Assembly: GCF_006345805.1 (NCBI RefSeq)
Contig: NC_042999.1
Coordinates: 155,806,001 to 155,870,000, forward strand
DNA length: 64,000 bases
Direction: 5' to 3'
DNA from: Octopus sinensis
Lineage: Eukaryota
Position 1 is the stretch's first letter. Each line of letters begins with the position of its first letter. Below, in pieces: positions 12,099 through 21,965 of the stretch. The notes below the pieces were generated by a model. The model was not told the origin of the DNA and ran no database searches. It was given only the letters and a program-made list of their open reading frames with translations. The position numbers were made by a program, and so were the translations under genes.

Positions 12099-15000
12099 AT
12101 AATAATAATGTTCGTCCTTCGGTTCGAAGATGACCAACTGACATCATCTGATGGAACTGCCGCCATGAGACCGGAGGTGGCTGGTGAGGCCAATCCGGGC
12201 AAGGAAGCCCCTCCCACAGGTGGGGCAGAAGTGGGTAGGGGCAGTGCTACTGGTGCAGGCGGCTCTGACTTTACGCATCTGACGTTTCTGCTCCGCTGAC
12301 CGAATCCGTCCCTCCTCGGCTGTCCCTGCTCCCACGGTGATTGCGCTGCGCCAGGATGAGCGGTTGGCAGCAAGTGTCTCCCAGGTCTCTGTTCCGATGG
12401 AGAAGTCTTTGAGAGAGACCTTGAGACTATCCTTGTAGCGCTTTTTCTGCCCTCCGACTTTGCGCCTGCCCTGGCCGAGTTCACCGTAGAAGAGCTGTTT
12501 TGGGATGCGAGTGTCGGACATGCGGGAGACGTGGCCCGCCCATCTCAGCTGGGCCTTGCGCATGATTGTGATGGTGCTAGGGAGATCTGCCTGCTTCAGA
12601 ACTTCCGTGTCTGGGACTTTGTCCGGCCAGCGGATATGAAGGAGATTCCGAAGACACCTGAGATGGAAGTGGTTTATCTGGTGCTCGTGCCTTCGGTAAG
12701 CAGTCCACGTCTCGCAGCCGTATAGTAGAGTGGTAAGCACGATTGCCCGGTAGACTTTCAGCTTGGTGTTGAGGCTGATTCCTCTCCGCTCCCAGACTTT
12801 CTTTCGCAGTCTCCCAAACGCGCTGCTTGCCTTGGAGATTCTGTTGATGGTTCAGCATCTATGTTGGCATTGCAGGAGAGAGTGCTGCCCAGGCAGGTGA
12901 AGTTTTCCACCACTCGTAAGATCCGTCCGTTCACCCTTATCTGAGGCTCATGGTATTGTTTGCCGGGGGCTGGCTGAAACATCACTTCGGTTTTCTTTGC
13001 ACTGATGGTGAGACCGAAGTTGTCACAGGCTGATGAGAACCTGTCCATCTCGAGCTGCATCTCCTGCTCATCGATTGCATTAAGGGCGCAGTCGTCAGCA
13101 AAGAGAAAGTCTCTGACGACTGTCTTCCTCACCTTTGTGACAGCCTGCAATCTCCTGGAATTGAAAAGTTTCCCGTCTGTCCTGTACTTGATGTTGATAC
13201 CGGACTTGCAGTCCCTAAAGGCGTCGGACATCATTGCCGAGAACATGATGCTGAACAGTGTTGGGGCCAGGACACAGCCCTGCCTGACTCCGTTGGTCAC
13301 CTGGAAGGCTTCAGATGAGTCGCCGTCCTCAAGGATTCTGGCTGTCATTCCGTCGTGGAACTGGCGGACAATTGCAATAAATTTGCTGGGGCAACCAAAT
13401 TTTCCCATGACCTTCCATAGTCCCTCCCGACTGACTGTATCAAAGGCCTTGGTGAGGTCAACAAAGGTCATGCAGAGGTCAAGGTGCTGCTCCATGCATT
13501 TCTCCTGGAGCTGGCGGGCGGCGAATATCATGTCAGTGGTCCCTCGACCCGCACGGAAGCCACACTGGCTCTCAGGGAGAAGGCCTTGCTCCAAGTGTTC
13601 CAGAAGGCGGTCAAGCAGGACCCGGGCCAGGATCTTGCCTGCTATGGACAAGAGGGAAATACCTCGGTGGTTGTCGCAGGACTGCCGATCTCCTTTCCGC
13701 TTATAAATGTGGACGATTGTTGCATCCCGGAAATCTTGAGGGAGTTGTTCCCTGTCCCACATCGACTGGAACAGGCTGGTGAGCTGACTGATCATGGTGG
13801 GGCCTCCCGACTTGAACACCTCTGCAGGGATGGCGTCAGAGCCTGGAGCCTTGCCGGTGGACATTTTTTTGATGGCTCTGCTCACTTCCCCGACTGCAGG
13901 GGGAACAGCCAACTCGTGGTTTGTCGGCACCTGGGGGAGTCGTGCGATGGCTTCCTCGTTGATCTGGGCTGGTCGGTTGAGCACGATGTTGAAGTGCTCC
14001 GCCCATCTCTCCAGGATCAGCCTCTTGTTAGTCAGGAGTGAGGTTCCATCTGAGCTGAGCAGGGGGGTTGATCCAAAGGAGAACTGCGGTCCATAGACAG
14101 CTTTCAGCGCCTCGTAGAATTTCTTGGTGTCGTGTTTGTCTGCGTATCCCTGAATCTCATCCGCCTTGGCGCTTAACCATGCATCTTGCATGAGGCGGAG
14201 TTTAGCCTGGACTGTGCTGCGAATGTTGTTGAAAGCGGCCTTCTTTGCCGTGCAGGTGGTGTCATTTTGGTGAGCCCGCAGCAGACGGCGTTTCTCTTCC
14301 AGGAGCTTTTGGATTTCCTGGTCGTTTTCGTCGAACCAGTCCTGGTGGTTCCTCGTAATTTGGCCCAGAGTTTCAAGGGCGATGGAATGAACCGTATCCC
14401 TGAATGATTCCCACTGCTCATCGATGCTGGACTGGTCACTCCGAATGTCCAACAGCTTACTGTCCATACGTGACTGGAGATCTTGTGCAGTCAGCTGGTT
14501 CCTTAATTTCGTGATGTTAAGCTTCCTCGTCACTTTCTGACCCTGTGGTCTTCTCTTAGGTCGGATGTAGAAATCCATCCTGGAGATGATGAGGCGATGG
14601 TCCGTCCAGCAGTCAGCTCCGCACATGGCTTTGACCAGTCTCACGTCCCGCCTGTCTTTCGCCCTGACGATGACGTAATCTATCAGATGCCAGTGTTTGG
14701 AGCGTGGATGCATCCATGATGTCTTGTTGCATGTTGGCAGACGGAACAAGGTGTTGGCGATGGTAAGATCATGAGAGGCACACGCACGCAGGAGGAGCTG
14801 TCCGTTGCTGTTGCACTTTCCGATTCCTTGCTTTCCCAGTACGCGATGCCAGGCTTGGTGGTCAGTCCCGACACGGGCGTTAAAATCCCCAAGGAGGATG
14901 AGCTTCCCAGGCTGGGCTGACGTGATGAGGGAGTCGAGTTCCTCATAGAACCTGTCCTTAACTTCTTCAGGGTTGGTCATGGTGGGGGCGTAAGCACTGA

Positions 15001-16088
15001 TGATGGTCGCACTAGTCTTGTTTCCAAGTGGGAGCTGCATCTTCATCAGCCGATCGTTGATACCCTCGGGGGGGCTTTCCAGTTTCCGCACGTGTACTGA
15101 CTTAATGGCAAAACCAACACCAGCCTCACGACGCTCTTCGCTGCTGCGACCACTCCAAAAGAAAGTGTAGCCGCCGCCTGTCTCTGTCAGCTGGCCTTTG
15201 TCCGCAAGGCGGGTCTCGCTCAGTGCTGCAATATCGACACTGTATCGGCTCAGTTCTCTGGCCACCAGGGCAGTTCGTCTCTCTGGTCTGTCCGCTTTGG
15301 TGTTGTCAAGCAGAGTTCTCACGTTCCAAGTTGCGAAAGTGAGCACCTTTGTTTGTTTTCTTCTTTCTTTGTTTCGACCGCTTGGAAAGGATCCCCGCCA
15401 GCCGCGGTTTGCTGACCAGGGTGAGGTGAGGCAGGCTATGTTTAGGGCAACCTTTTCTAGCCCCGTCCTCATGCTGGGGAGGCGAGCAGAGCGATCCTGA
15501 AGAGGGCTGCTCGGTCACTCAGGAGGCTGCCGGACTCCACTGCTGCCTCAGTTCAGTGAGGGGCGACCACATGTCCTGAGCCGCCTGTGTGTGGGTTCAC
15601 GACTGCAGCTCCCAGTGTATCCTCACCTGCTACTTCGCCGTTTCCCCATCGCCACAGGACTTTGGGATGGTGTCATGGCGTCATGATGTCGTGACATGCG
15701 CGTGACTTGGATTATAGTGAGGGTGACTTGCGCAGGATCAGCCTCACTCTTGTGTCAGGTCTCCGCTTCGAGCTACTGGTAACATGTAACCCAGTACAAC
15801 CTGTTACATGGTCGGGTCGTTGGCGACTAAACTGGCAACCCCACCAAGATTTCTTGGTGAGGAGGGTGATTTGGACACCCAGCAGGACTAAAAACAAAAC
15901 CTGTCAAAGGGCAGAGGAACTCTCTCATGAGTCAATGGCCATCCAAAATCCGGAGTGGAGCCCCTAAGGCGGTTGGATTGCGCCATGCGTGCCACCTTCC
16001 GGCAGCTCCTGCATCTTGGTCTACCCCCAGTCGTCTTGACTTTGTCTTGCCACTGGATCCGGCGCACCAGGACGAGAGAGTGAGGCTG
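12099..16088 (-). mobile_element. Full-length RTE-clade LINE (~3990 bp)
   Basis: TSD AACTATATATA at 12088-12098 and 16089-16099; ~615-nt GC-rich 5' UTR; single long ORF; 45-nt 3' UTR ending in (ATT)n; much higher GC and CpG content than the flanks. Confidence 0.97.
12144..15472 (-). CDS. RTE polyprotein (APE endonuclease - reverse transcriptase - C2H2 finger), ~1109 aa once a single 1-nt deletion at ~12850 is corrected
   Basis: EN motifs TWNVRTL, SETRL, AYAPT, GDFNA, IDY, TDHRL. RT motifs HRGISLL, QCGFR, DLTKAFD, GVRQGCVLAPTLF, FLFADD. After the shift the frame reads INRISKASSAFGRLRKKVWERRGISLNTKLKVYRAIVLTTLLYGCETW..., joining the 904-aa and 198-aa track ORFs. Confidence 0.95.
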
Positions 16089-16319
16089 AACTATATATAT
16101 ATATATATATATATGTTTTTTAATTTTCTCCTGGTTTACGGAATTGATGTTTATTTGCGGTTGAAGCTTTGGCTGTTATTTCTAGTGGGTGAATGGCCTA
16201 TTATGGCCGTTCCTTGATTGTGATGTTGAACTTAAAAATGGTCTATGACTATTTAATTTTTTCCCACTAGGCCGCTGGTGGCAAAAAAATTCTACAAAAT
16301 TTTTGCCACCCTATATTGA

Positions 16320-16350
16320 TTAATATATATATATATATATATATAATATA

Positions 16351-16402
<52 letters not shown>
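16320..16402. repeat. (TA)n microsatellite
   Basis: Interrupted TA dinucleotide run. Confidence 0.95.
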
Positions 16403-16407
<5 letters not shown>

Positions 16408-16799
16408 TCCTCAGGAGCTTGCCTTATGGTAAGTAGAGCAATTAGTGACCTAATTCAGAACAAATGAATTGGTAAGTCACAGCTGATACTATCATACCTA
16501 ATAACACCCCTGTCCCCAATTCTAAGACAAGCTGCGATTTTAATTAAAACCTATCAAAATTTCATGTAAATTCATGACTCCAAAACTAGCTCAATACGGT
16601 CGAAGGTATTTTACATGATTCATTATTTTCATATTTAACTTAAACAAAAACTATATTTCAGAGATACGCTAATAGTGTAATTACATCAGTAAAGAAACAC
16701 CCTCAACCAAACTTTGATAGGTTTTGGCCAGTATAGGCCTAGGCCATGTCTAACTTAATAGCACCACCTGGAGAAGTCTTTTAGTCATATATAGGGCGC

Positions 16800-17170
16800 C
16801 ATGGCCCACTCTGGCAAAGAGTTATTACTGTTGGAGACCATATCCAGATATAGGAGGTTGGTCTGGGATTTGAAGAAATTTGTCCAGTGGACTTTTGAAT
16901 TTTATGGGATCCGTTTCCTTTTTGACGTATTTTGGTATGGTATTAAAGAGAGCTGGACCGGTTGAGGTAAAGTAGTTGTGATGTCATGTTGCTATGTGTA
17001 CTGAGTTTGATTTTTGTAGTGGGTGGATAGCCAGGGGGCCAAGTTTTGGATGGATTTTAAAATTGATGCCAACATCATTTGTGCAAAACTGATGGAATAT
17101 TTTCCACATCACACAAATGATGTAGCGTTCCTGGTAGCATTGGAGAGAGTAAAGACTGACTTTTAGAAGT
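16800..17170 (-). pseudogene. CR1-like LINE ORF2 3' fragment
   Basis: Translation LYSLQCYQERYIICVMWKIF...HNYFTSTGPALFNTIPKYVKKETDPIKFKSPLDKFLQIPDQP..NSLPEWA, typical of CR1-clade C-termini. Confidence 0.85.
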
Positions 17171-17341
17171 ATGTATAATACTACTACTGGATAGTACAGG
17201 GTGAAATCTGACAGTGGACAAGCTTTATGCTGTACTCTACTATATTCTTAACAGAATATACCAATAACTATATATGTCACACTGCATCGATAGTATACAG
17301 ACGATCAATACTACACAGCAGCAGCACCATTTAACATGAGG

Positions 17342-17686
17342 TGGCAAGCTGGAGAGCTGCACCATGCTCTGACTCTACTTTGGCATGGTTCCTATGTCAG
17401 AATGACCTTCCTAATGCCAACCATTTTACAGAGTGCAATGGGTTCTTTTTTTTTTGCATTGCACCAACAGCAGTGAGGTCACCAAGCAACTTGCAAGACG
17501 AGACCCCCTGAACCAGGGGAGTAGTACTGAGGGACAGAAGTGTTTTGCATTAGAAGAAAGACTTGGCTTTCTCAGATGAAGATAGGAAAGATGATGTGAC
17601 AGAGAGAGGGCAGGGCTGTACACCCAAGTTATAGGGTGGTGTGTAAAGTGGATTAAACCAGGAATTTGGGAGAGTGGGTATGTGGG
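17342..17686 (-). mobile_element. Family C-related repeat, left arm of an inverted pair
   Basis: Reverse-complement homologue of 18256-18593. Confidence 0.8.
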
Positions 17687-17815
17687 AGAATTCATAACAT
17701 TGCTATTATACAAAAGTGTTCTTAGTCCAAAACGTTGCTTTTTCAGAAAATGAGAAAATAGTTTCACCATCTCCATAGCCAAAACCATTGTATTACACTT
17801 AGACAATTTTTGATA

Positions 17816-17969
17816 TCATGGCACCTGAAGCAGCTGGAGATATGAGAGCTTGACCAAAAGACCCTGGCTATTGCAAGCAAAAATAAATATTGAAAAAACC
17901 TGCATTTGGCCAAATTTGGACATACGACAGTTTAACATAATAGCAACGATAAGAAATTCAAAAGCGTAT
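17816..17969 (-). CDS. Candidate exon (..YAFEFLIVAIMLN..); 3' boundary uncertain
   Basis: Strong acceptor TTTTTTTCTACAG (AG 17971-17970). One long hydrophobic open frame. The donor is ambiguous (GTATGT after LN, or a weak GTTTTT). Confidence 0.3.
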
Positions 17970-18255
17970 CTGTAGAAAAAAACCCAAAAAAGATCTGAGG
18001 TTCCAATGGCCAAAACCAAATATACTCGTATTTAGGTTTAGGGTGAAATACAATATCTTAGTAACATTAAGCAAGTAGCAAAGTAAATGGAGTGAACATG
18101 TGTCCCCATACACTACATGCAAAATAGGTAAGGATCTGAGACAGGAAAGGCTGTAAAGCAATGCCTTATGATATACATTCACCTAACATGCCAGCATGGA
18201 AAAAAAACAAATGCCCCACCTCTAGCTTCCACTCTTTTGAAAGGTTATGAATTAC

Positions 18256-18640
18256 CCCACCTACCCACTTTCTCATATCCTTGGTCCACCCCACTATACA
18301 TACCACCCTATAACTTGGGTGTACGGTCCCTGCTCTCTCTCTGTCACATCATCTTTCCTATCTTCTCCATCTGAGGAAGTCATGTCTTTCTTCTAAAGCA
18401 AAACACTTTTCTGTCCCTTATTACTACTTCCCTAGTTTAGGAGGGGGGACGAGCTTGTCTTGCAAGTTACTTGGTGCAATGCAAAAAGCACCCATTGCAC
18501 TCTGTAAAGTGGTTGGCATTAGGAAGGTCATCCAGACATAGAAACCATGTTAAAGCAGACAATTGGAGCCTGGTGTGGCTCTCCAGCTTGCCAGATCATG
18601 ATAAACCATGCAACCCAAGCCAACATGGAAAATGGACATT
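18256..18640 (+). mobile_element. Family C-related repeat, right arm of an inverted pair
   Basis: Reverse-complement homologue of 17342-17686, continuing to the family tail. Confidence 0.8.
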
Positions 18641-18729
18641 AAATGATGCTGCCACTGTGTGTATGCATGTATGACCCATGCCAGCATAGAAGGCAAATGT
18701 CAAACAATGATTATATATATATATATATG

Positions 18730-19060
18730 GATATATTTGGGGTACTTAGGTCTTCTCAGGACTTAGTGCTTGCCTTTTCCATGGGTATGAGTAAGTATTT
18801 CATTTATGTCTTACATATTTATCGCTGAGGAAGGGAAAATTCTTATGAATTAACCCCGAAATTGGGACTAATACGGTAATAACGGATTTTTTTAGAAATT
18901 TCTATTGGCTTGTTTCGAGACACTTAAATTATAATGGTTATTGACAATTTTGTCTTTTTTGCCATTAGAATTTTTCTTTTGCCCTTATTTTATGTTATTT
19001 ATAAATTTAACCTTTAAAGGTATTTTTTGATACGCTGGCCATTGATAAAATTTTTTCCTA
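18730..19060 (+). mobile_element. Probable Penelope-like element remnant (pseudo-LTR) between TA microsatellites
   Basis: T-rich non-coding block carrying a hammerhead motif. The PLE assignment is inferred from the ribozyme association only. Confidence 0.45.
18819..18879 (+). ncRNA. Type I hammerhead ribozyme motif
   Basis: Stem I UUAUCG/CGGUAA; core CUGAGGA (18825-18831) + extra A; stem II GGG..AAUUC-UUAU-GAAUU..CCC; GAAA (18858-18861); stem III AUUGG-GA-CUAAU; cleavage triplet AUA at 18871-18873. Confidence 0.7.
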
Positions 19061-19162
19061 CATTAGTTATATATATATATATATATAACCAGGATGTAAT
19101 AATGTGATACTTCAATTTTTTATAAATAAGGGCCTGTAGATGTGCAAGCTGAAACTTCAGAG

Positions 19163-19793
19163 TCATTGGTTGATAAATATGGAGACCTGAGAATTGAGAT
19201 CGCTAAGATGTGGCAGCTACGAGAGTCAAACATAAAGGTTGTGTCTGTTGTCATTTGAGCATCGGGTTCAATACCAACTAATCTGAAGAAACATCTGGAA
19301 ACTTTAGAAATACCCTACAATCTAGGTGAATTGTAAAAATTGGCATAACTTGAAACTGCATGCATATTGTGTAAAGTACTGTCTGTCAGAGGTCCTTGTT
19401 GTGACTTGATACAATATCTTCAATCAGTGCCGGTGGCACATAAGAGAACCATCCGAACATGGCAGTTGTCAGCGCCGCCCCGACTGGCTGCTGTGCCGGT
19501 GGCACATAAAAAGCATCATCCGATCGTGGCCATTGCCAGCTTCGCCTGGCCTCCATGCCGGTGGCACGTAAAAAGCACCATCCAATCGTGGCCGTTTGCC
19601 AGCTTCGTCTGGCACGTAAAAAGCACCCACTGCACTCATGGAGTGGTTGGCGTTAGGAAGGGCATCCAGCCGTAGAAACATTGCCAGATCAGACTGGGCC
19701 TGATGCAGCCTTCTGGCTTCCCAGACCCCAGTTGAACCGTCCAACCCATACCAGCACGGAAAGCGGACACTAACGATGATGATGATGATGATG
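19163..19793 (+). mobile_element. R4/Dong-like RLE LINE 3' end: ORF remnant plus 3' UTR (family C) plus (GAT)n tail
   Basis: 19163-19410 translates DKYGDLRIEIAKMWQL..KVVSVVI*ASGSIPTNLKKHLETLEIP..LETACILCKVL and runs directly into the family C sequence. Confidence 0.8.
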
Positions 19794-19869
19794 AACATCA
19801 TGATATTGGATACTGTACAATGTCTTAATAAATGGAAGCAATACCAATGATAAATTAAAAAACACTTAC

Positions 19870-19950
19870 TTTAGTTTTATCCAAAGGATTGGCAAAGTCC
19901 AAATCAGGAGCAATGAAAAGATAGCCCCATATTGATGCCCTTCTTGAAGC
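19870..19950 (-). CDS. Candidate 81-nt internal exon
   Basis: Acceptor T14-AAATCAG and donor AAA|GTAAGT. Two frames are open: ASRRASIWGYLFIAPDLDFANPLDKTK (phase 0) or LQEGHQYGAIFSLLLIWTLPILWIKL (phase 2). Confidence 0.5.
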
Positions 19951-20189
19951 CTGATTTAAAAAAAAAAAAAAGACAATGTTAGACAACAAAAACCAAATTT
20001 TCAGATTAAATTTACAAAATATTTACAAATAATAGTCATGAGAACTTTGCTAGATAAAGAGATTGAAATTTTCTCTTGTCTTTTCTCTTCATAATTATGA
20101 CAACCTGAGATTTCTTCCCTGGAGATATTGACCTCCAGAAGATAAAACTGACCATTAAGTTTGGAACATAATCTATCCAAAATTGTACT

Positions 20190-20430
20190 TATGATGCGCC
20201 CTTTTAAAGCCTAGCCAGGCTGATGGGCCTGGTTTCCCGGTTTCTATGGCATATGTGTACCCCAGCTGGATGGGATGCCAATCCATCGCAGCGTTACTCA
20301 TTTTTGCCAGCTGAGTGGACTGGAGCAACGGGAAATGAAGTGTTTTGCTCAAGAACACAACGCGTCGCCCGGTACAGGAATCGAAACCACAATCTTACGA
20401 TCATGGTGCTGACACCCTAACCACTTAGAT
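20190..20430 (-). mobile_element. tRNA-derived SINE with V-SINE-like 3' part
   Basis: Head shared with family D; tail CTGCGATGGATTGGCATCCCATCCAG..GAAACCGGGAAAC shared with 38038-38341. Confidence 0.75.
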
Positions 20431-20961
20431 CACTTAAAACATGACTTGTTTCATAGAACAGGTGGTCCAAGGTAGGTTGGTTCTGAAAGGGTTCAGCACA
20501 TAATACTCTGACATGCAACATAAAACTATGCATGTGTGCAGTAGATCTGTAAAAAAAAAACAAAAAAATACTGCATGTAATCTTTAGATGGTCTCTTAAA
20601 ATGGCTAAATGCCAGTGAAACTGCTCCCAAACTAGAATTAGTTTCTATTTTATGAAAAATGAGGGAGAGGAGTTAGAGCAAGCAATCATGAGAATCTATA
20701 TGTGTGTGTGCGTGAGAGATAAGATTAAATTTACTACATTAAATAAAAGCAGAAGTTTGCCAGAAAGAAGATAGCTAAATAGATCAAGGTCAATACTAAT
20801 ATAGTTAATGATTTCTAAAGAAGTTTAATTATTGCTGAGAGAGACAGAGAGAACAAACAATGCCTTTTACATAAAAAAAGACAAAGAGAGATCTTAATGA
20901 CATTTAGAGTTTTATTATTTAATTAGTTGCTAAATAAATAACAAACAAACAAAAAAAACAG

Positions 20962-21255
20962 ACTGAATTAATCAATCCAGTGTTATATCTAGCGGCTAAG
21001 TGCATTCATCCATTTTGAAGGCAGCAAAACGAAATTAGGAAACTTGGCTGCTGTTTCTAGCAGGCCATTTGACAACGAATACTGAATTAATCAATTCAAT
21101 GTTATATCTAGCGGCTAATATAATATCAAGTCCAGTACCACTTCCAGTGCATTCATCCACTTTGAAGGCAGCAGAATGAAATTAGGAAACTTGGCTGCTG
21201 TTTCTAGCAGGCCATTTGACAACAGAGACTCCTTTATTCCGGCTACTGAATTAAT
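20962..21255 (+). repeat. Local tandem duplication (~119-bp unit, 2 copies plus a partial)
   Basis: ACTGAATTAAT starts at 20962, 21081 and 21245; copy 2 carries an extra 28 bp. Confidence 0.9.
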
Positions 21256-21965
21256 TAGAACTAGTGTCTGTTTAACTAGTGTTTTGTATAATATAAGACA
21301 CTTCAGATATGAGCGGACTTGTCTAGATTATTCAGAAATAATTATGCATGCGGTCATTATCTTTTTAATTGTCACTTTTTGAAGCTGGCATGGGTTGGAC
21401 AGAGTTTATTGAGACAAATATTCTATGACCAGATGCCCTTCCTGTAACCAAGCCTCACCTATTTCCCAGCAAGGAAATATTTCTTCCATGGCCAGACATG
21501 CTTTTGTAGAATATTAGAAATGAATGACACTGCTTATATGACAGTGACACTCATTTACAACTATCACAATGTCAATACAAGGAAATATGAAGACCCACAA
21601 AGAGCTTCATTCAGTTTCTGTTTACCAAATCCTCTTAATCCAAAACAAGTGGAAGAATGGAAAAAAATGATGGTGAAACTGCACAGAGAATATATTAGAA
21701 TTAATTAGAATTTAACTATATTTTAAAATACAGGAATACACTTGAGCAATTTCACAGAGTTTCACAAATGTATAGTGCACGGAGCTGTGTCACAAATTAT
21801 GTTTATTCTGGCTCCAATTCTAAAAATAGTTTGTTTATAATTTAGGGATGCGACAGAGCATTGTCTGTTAATAAATAAATTGATTGGTCTATGTTTGTGT
21901 ATTCAGCTCATCTGGCAGTCATAAGAGAAGGTCACACATACAGAAATGAAACTCAGGAGACAAAA

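Noticed and set aside
12846-12860. Programmed -1 ribosomal frameshift in the RTE ORF
   Set aside because: There is no X XXY YYZ slippery heptamer, the downstream frame has a TGA immediately upstream (12854-12852), and RTE ORFs are normally continuous. A simple 1-nt deletion explains it.
13005-14407. Plus-strand ORFs of up to 233 aa overlapping the RTE
   Set aside because: Antisense shadows of a GC-rich coding sequence with no recognisable motifs.
15473-16088. HDV-like ribozyme in the RTE 5' UTR (known from some RTE/R2 elements)
   Set aside because: I could not place a P3/L3 (UCCNCG-like) module before the strand complementary to the 5' end, so it is reported only as an inverted repeat.
19425-19630. 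CRISPR-like array of palindromic repeats with spacers
   Set aside because: Eukaryotic context with no cas genes. The spacers are homologous to each other, and the array is internal to a dispersed retroelement UTR.
20434-20546. Frame after a strong acceptor reading YYVLNPFRTNLPWTTC, reminiscent of SLC6 transporters
   Set aside because: It lacks the following WN motif, runs into a stop without a good donor, and has no other SLC6-like exons to support it.
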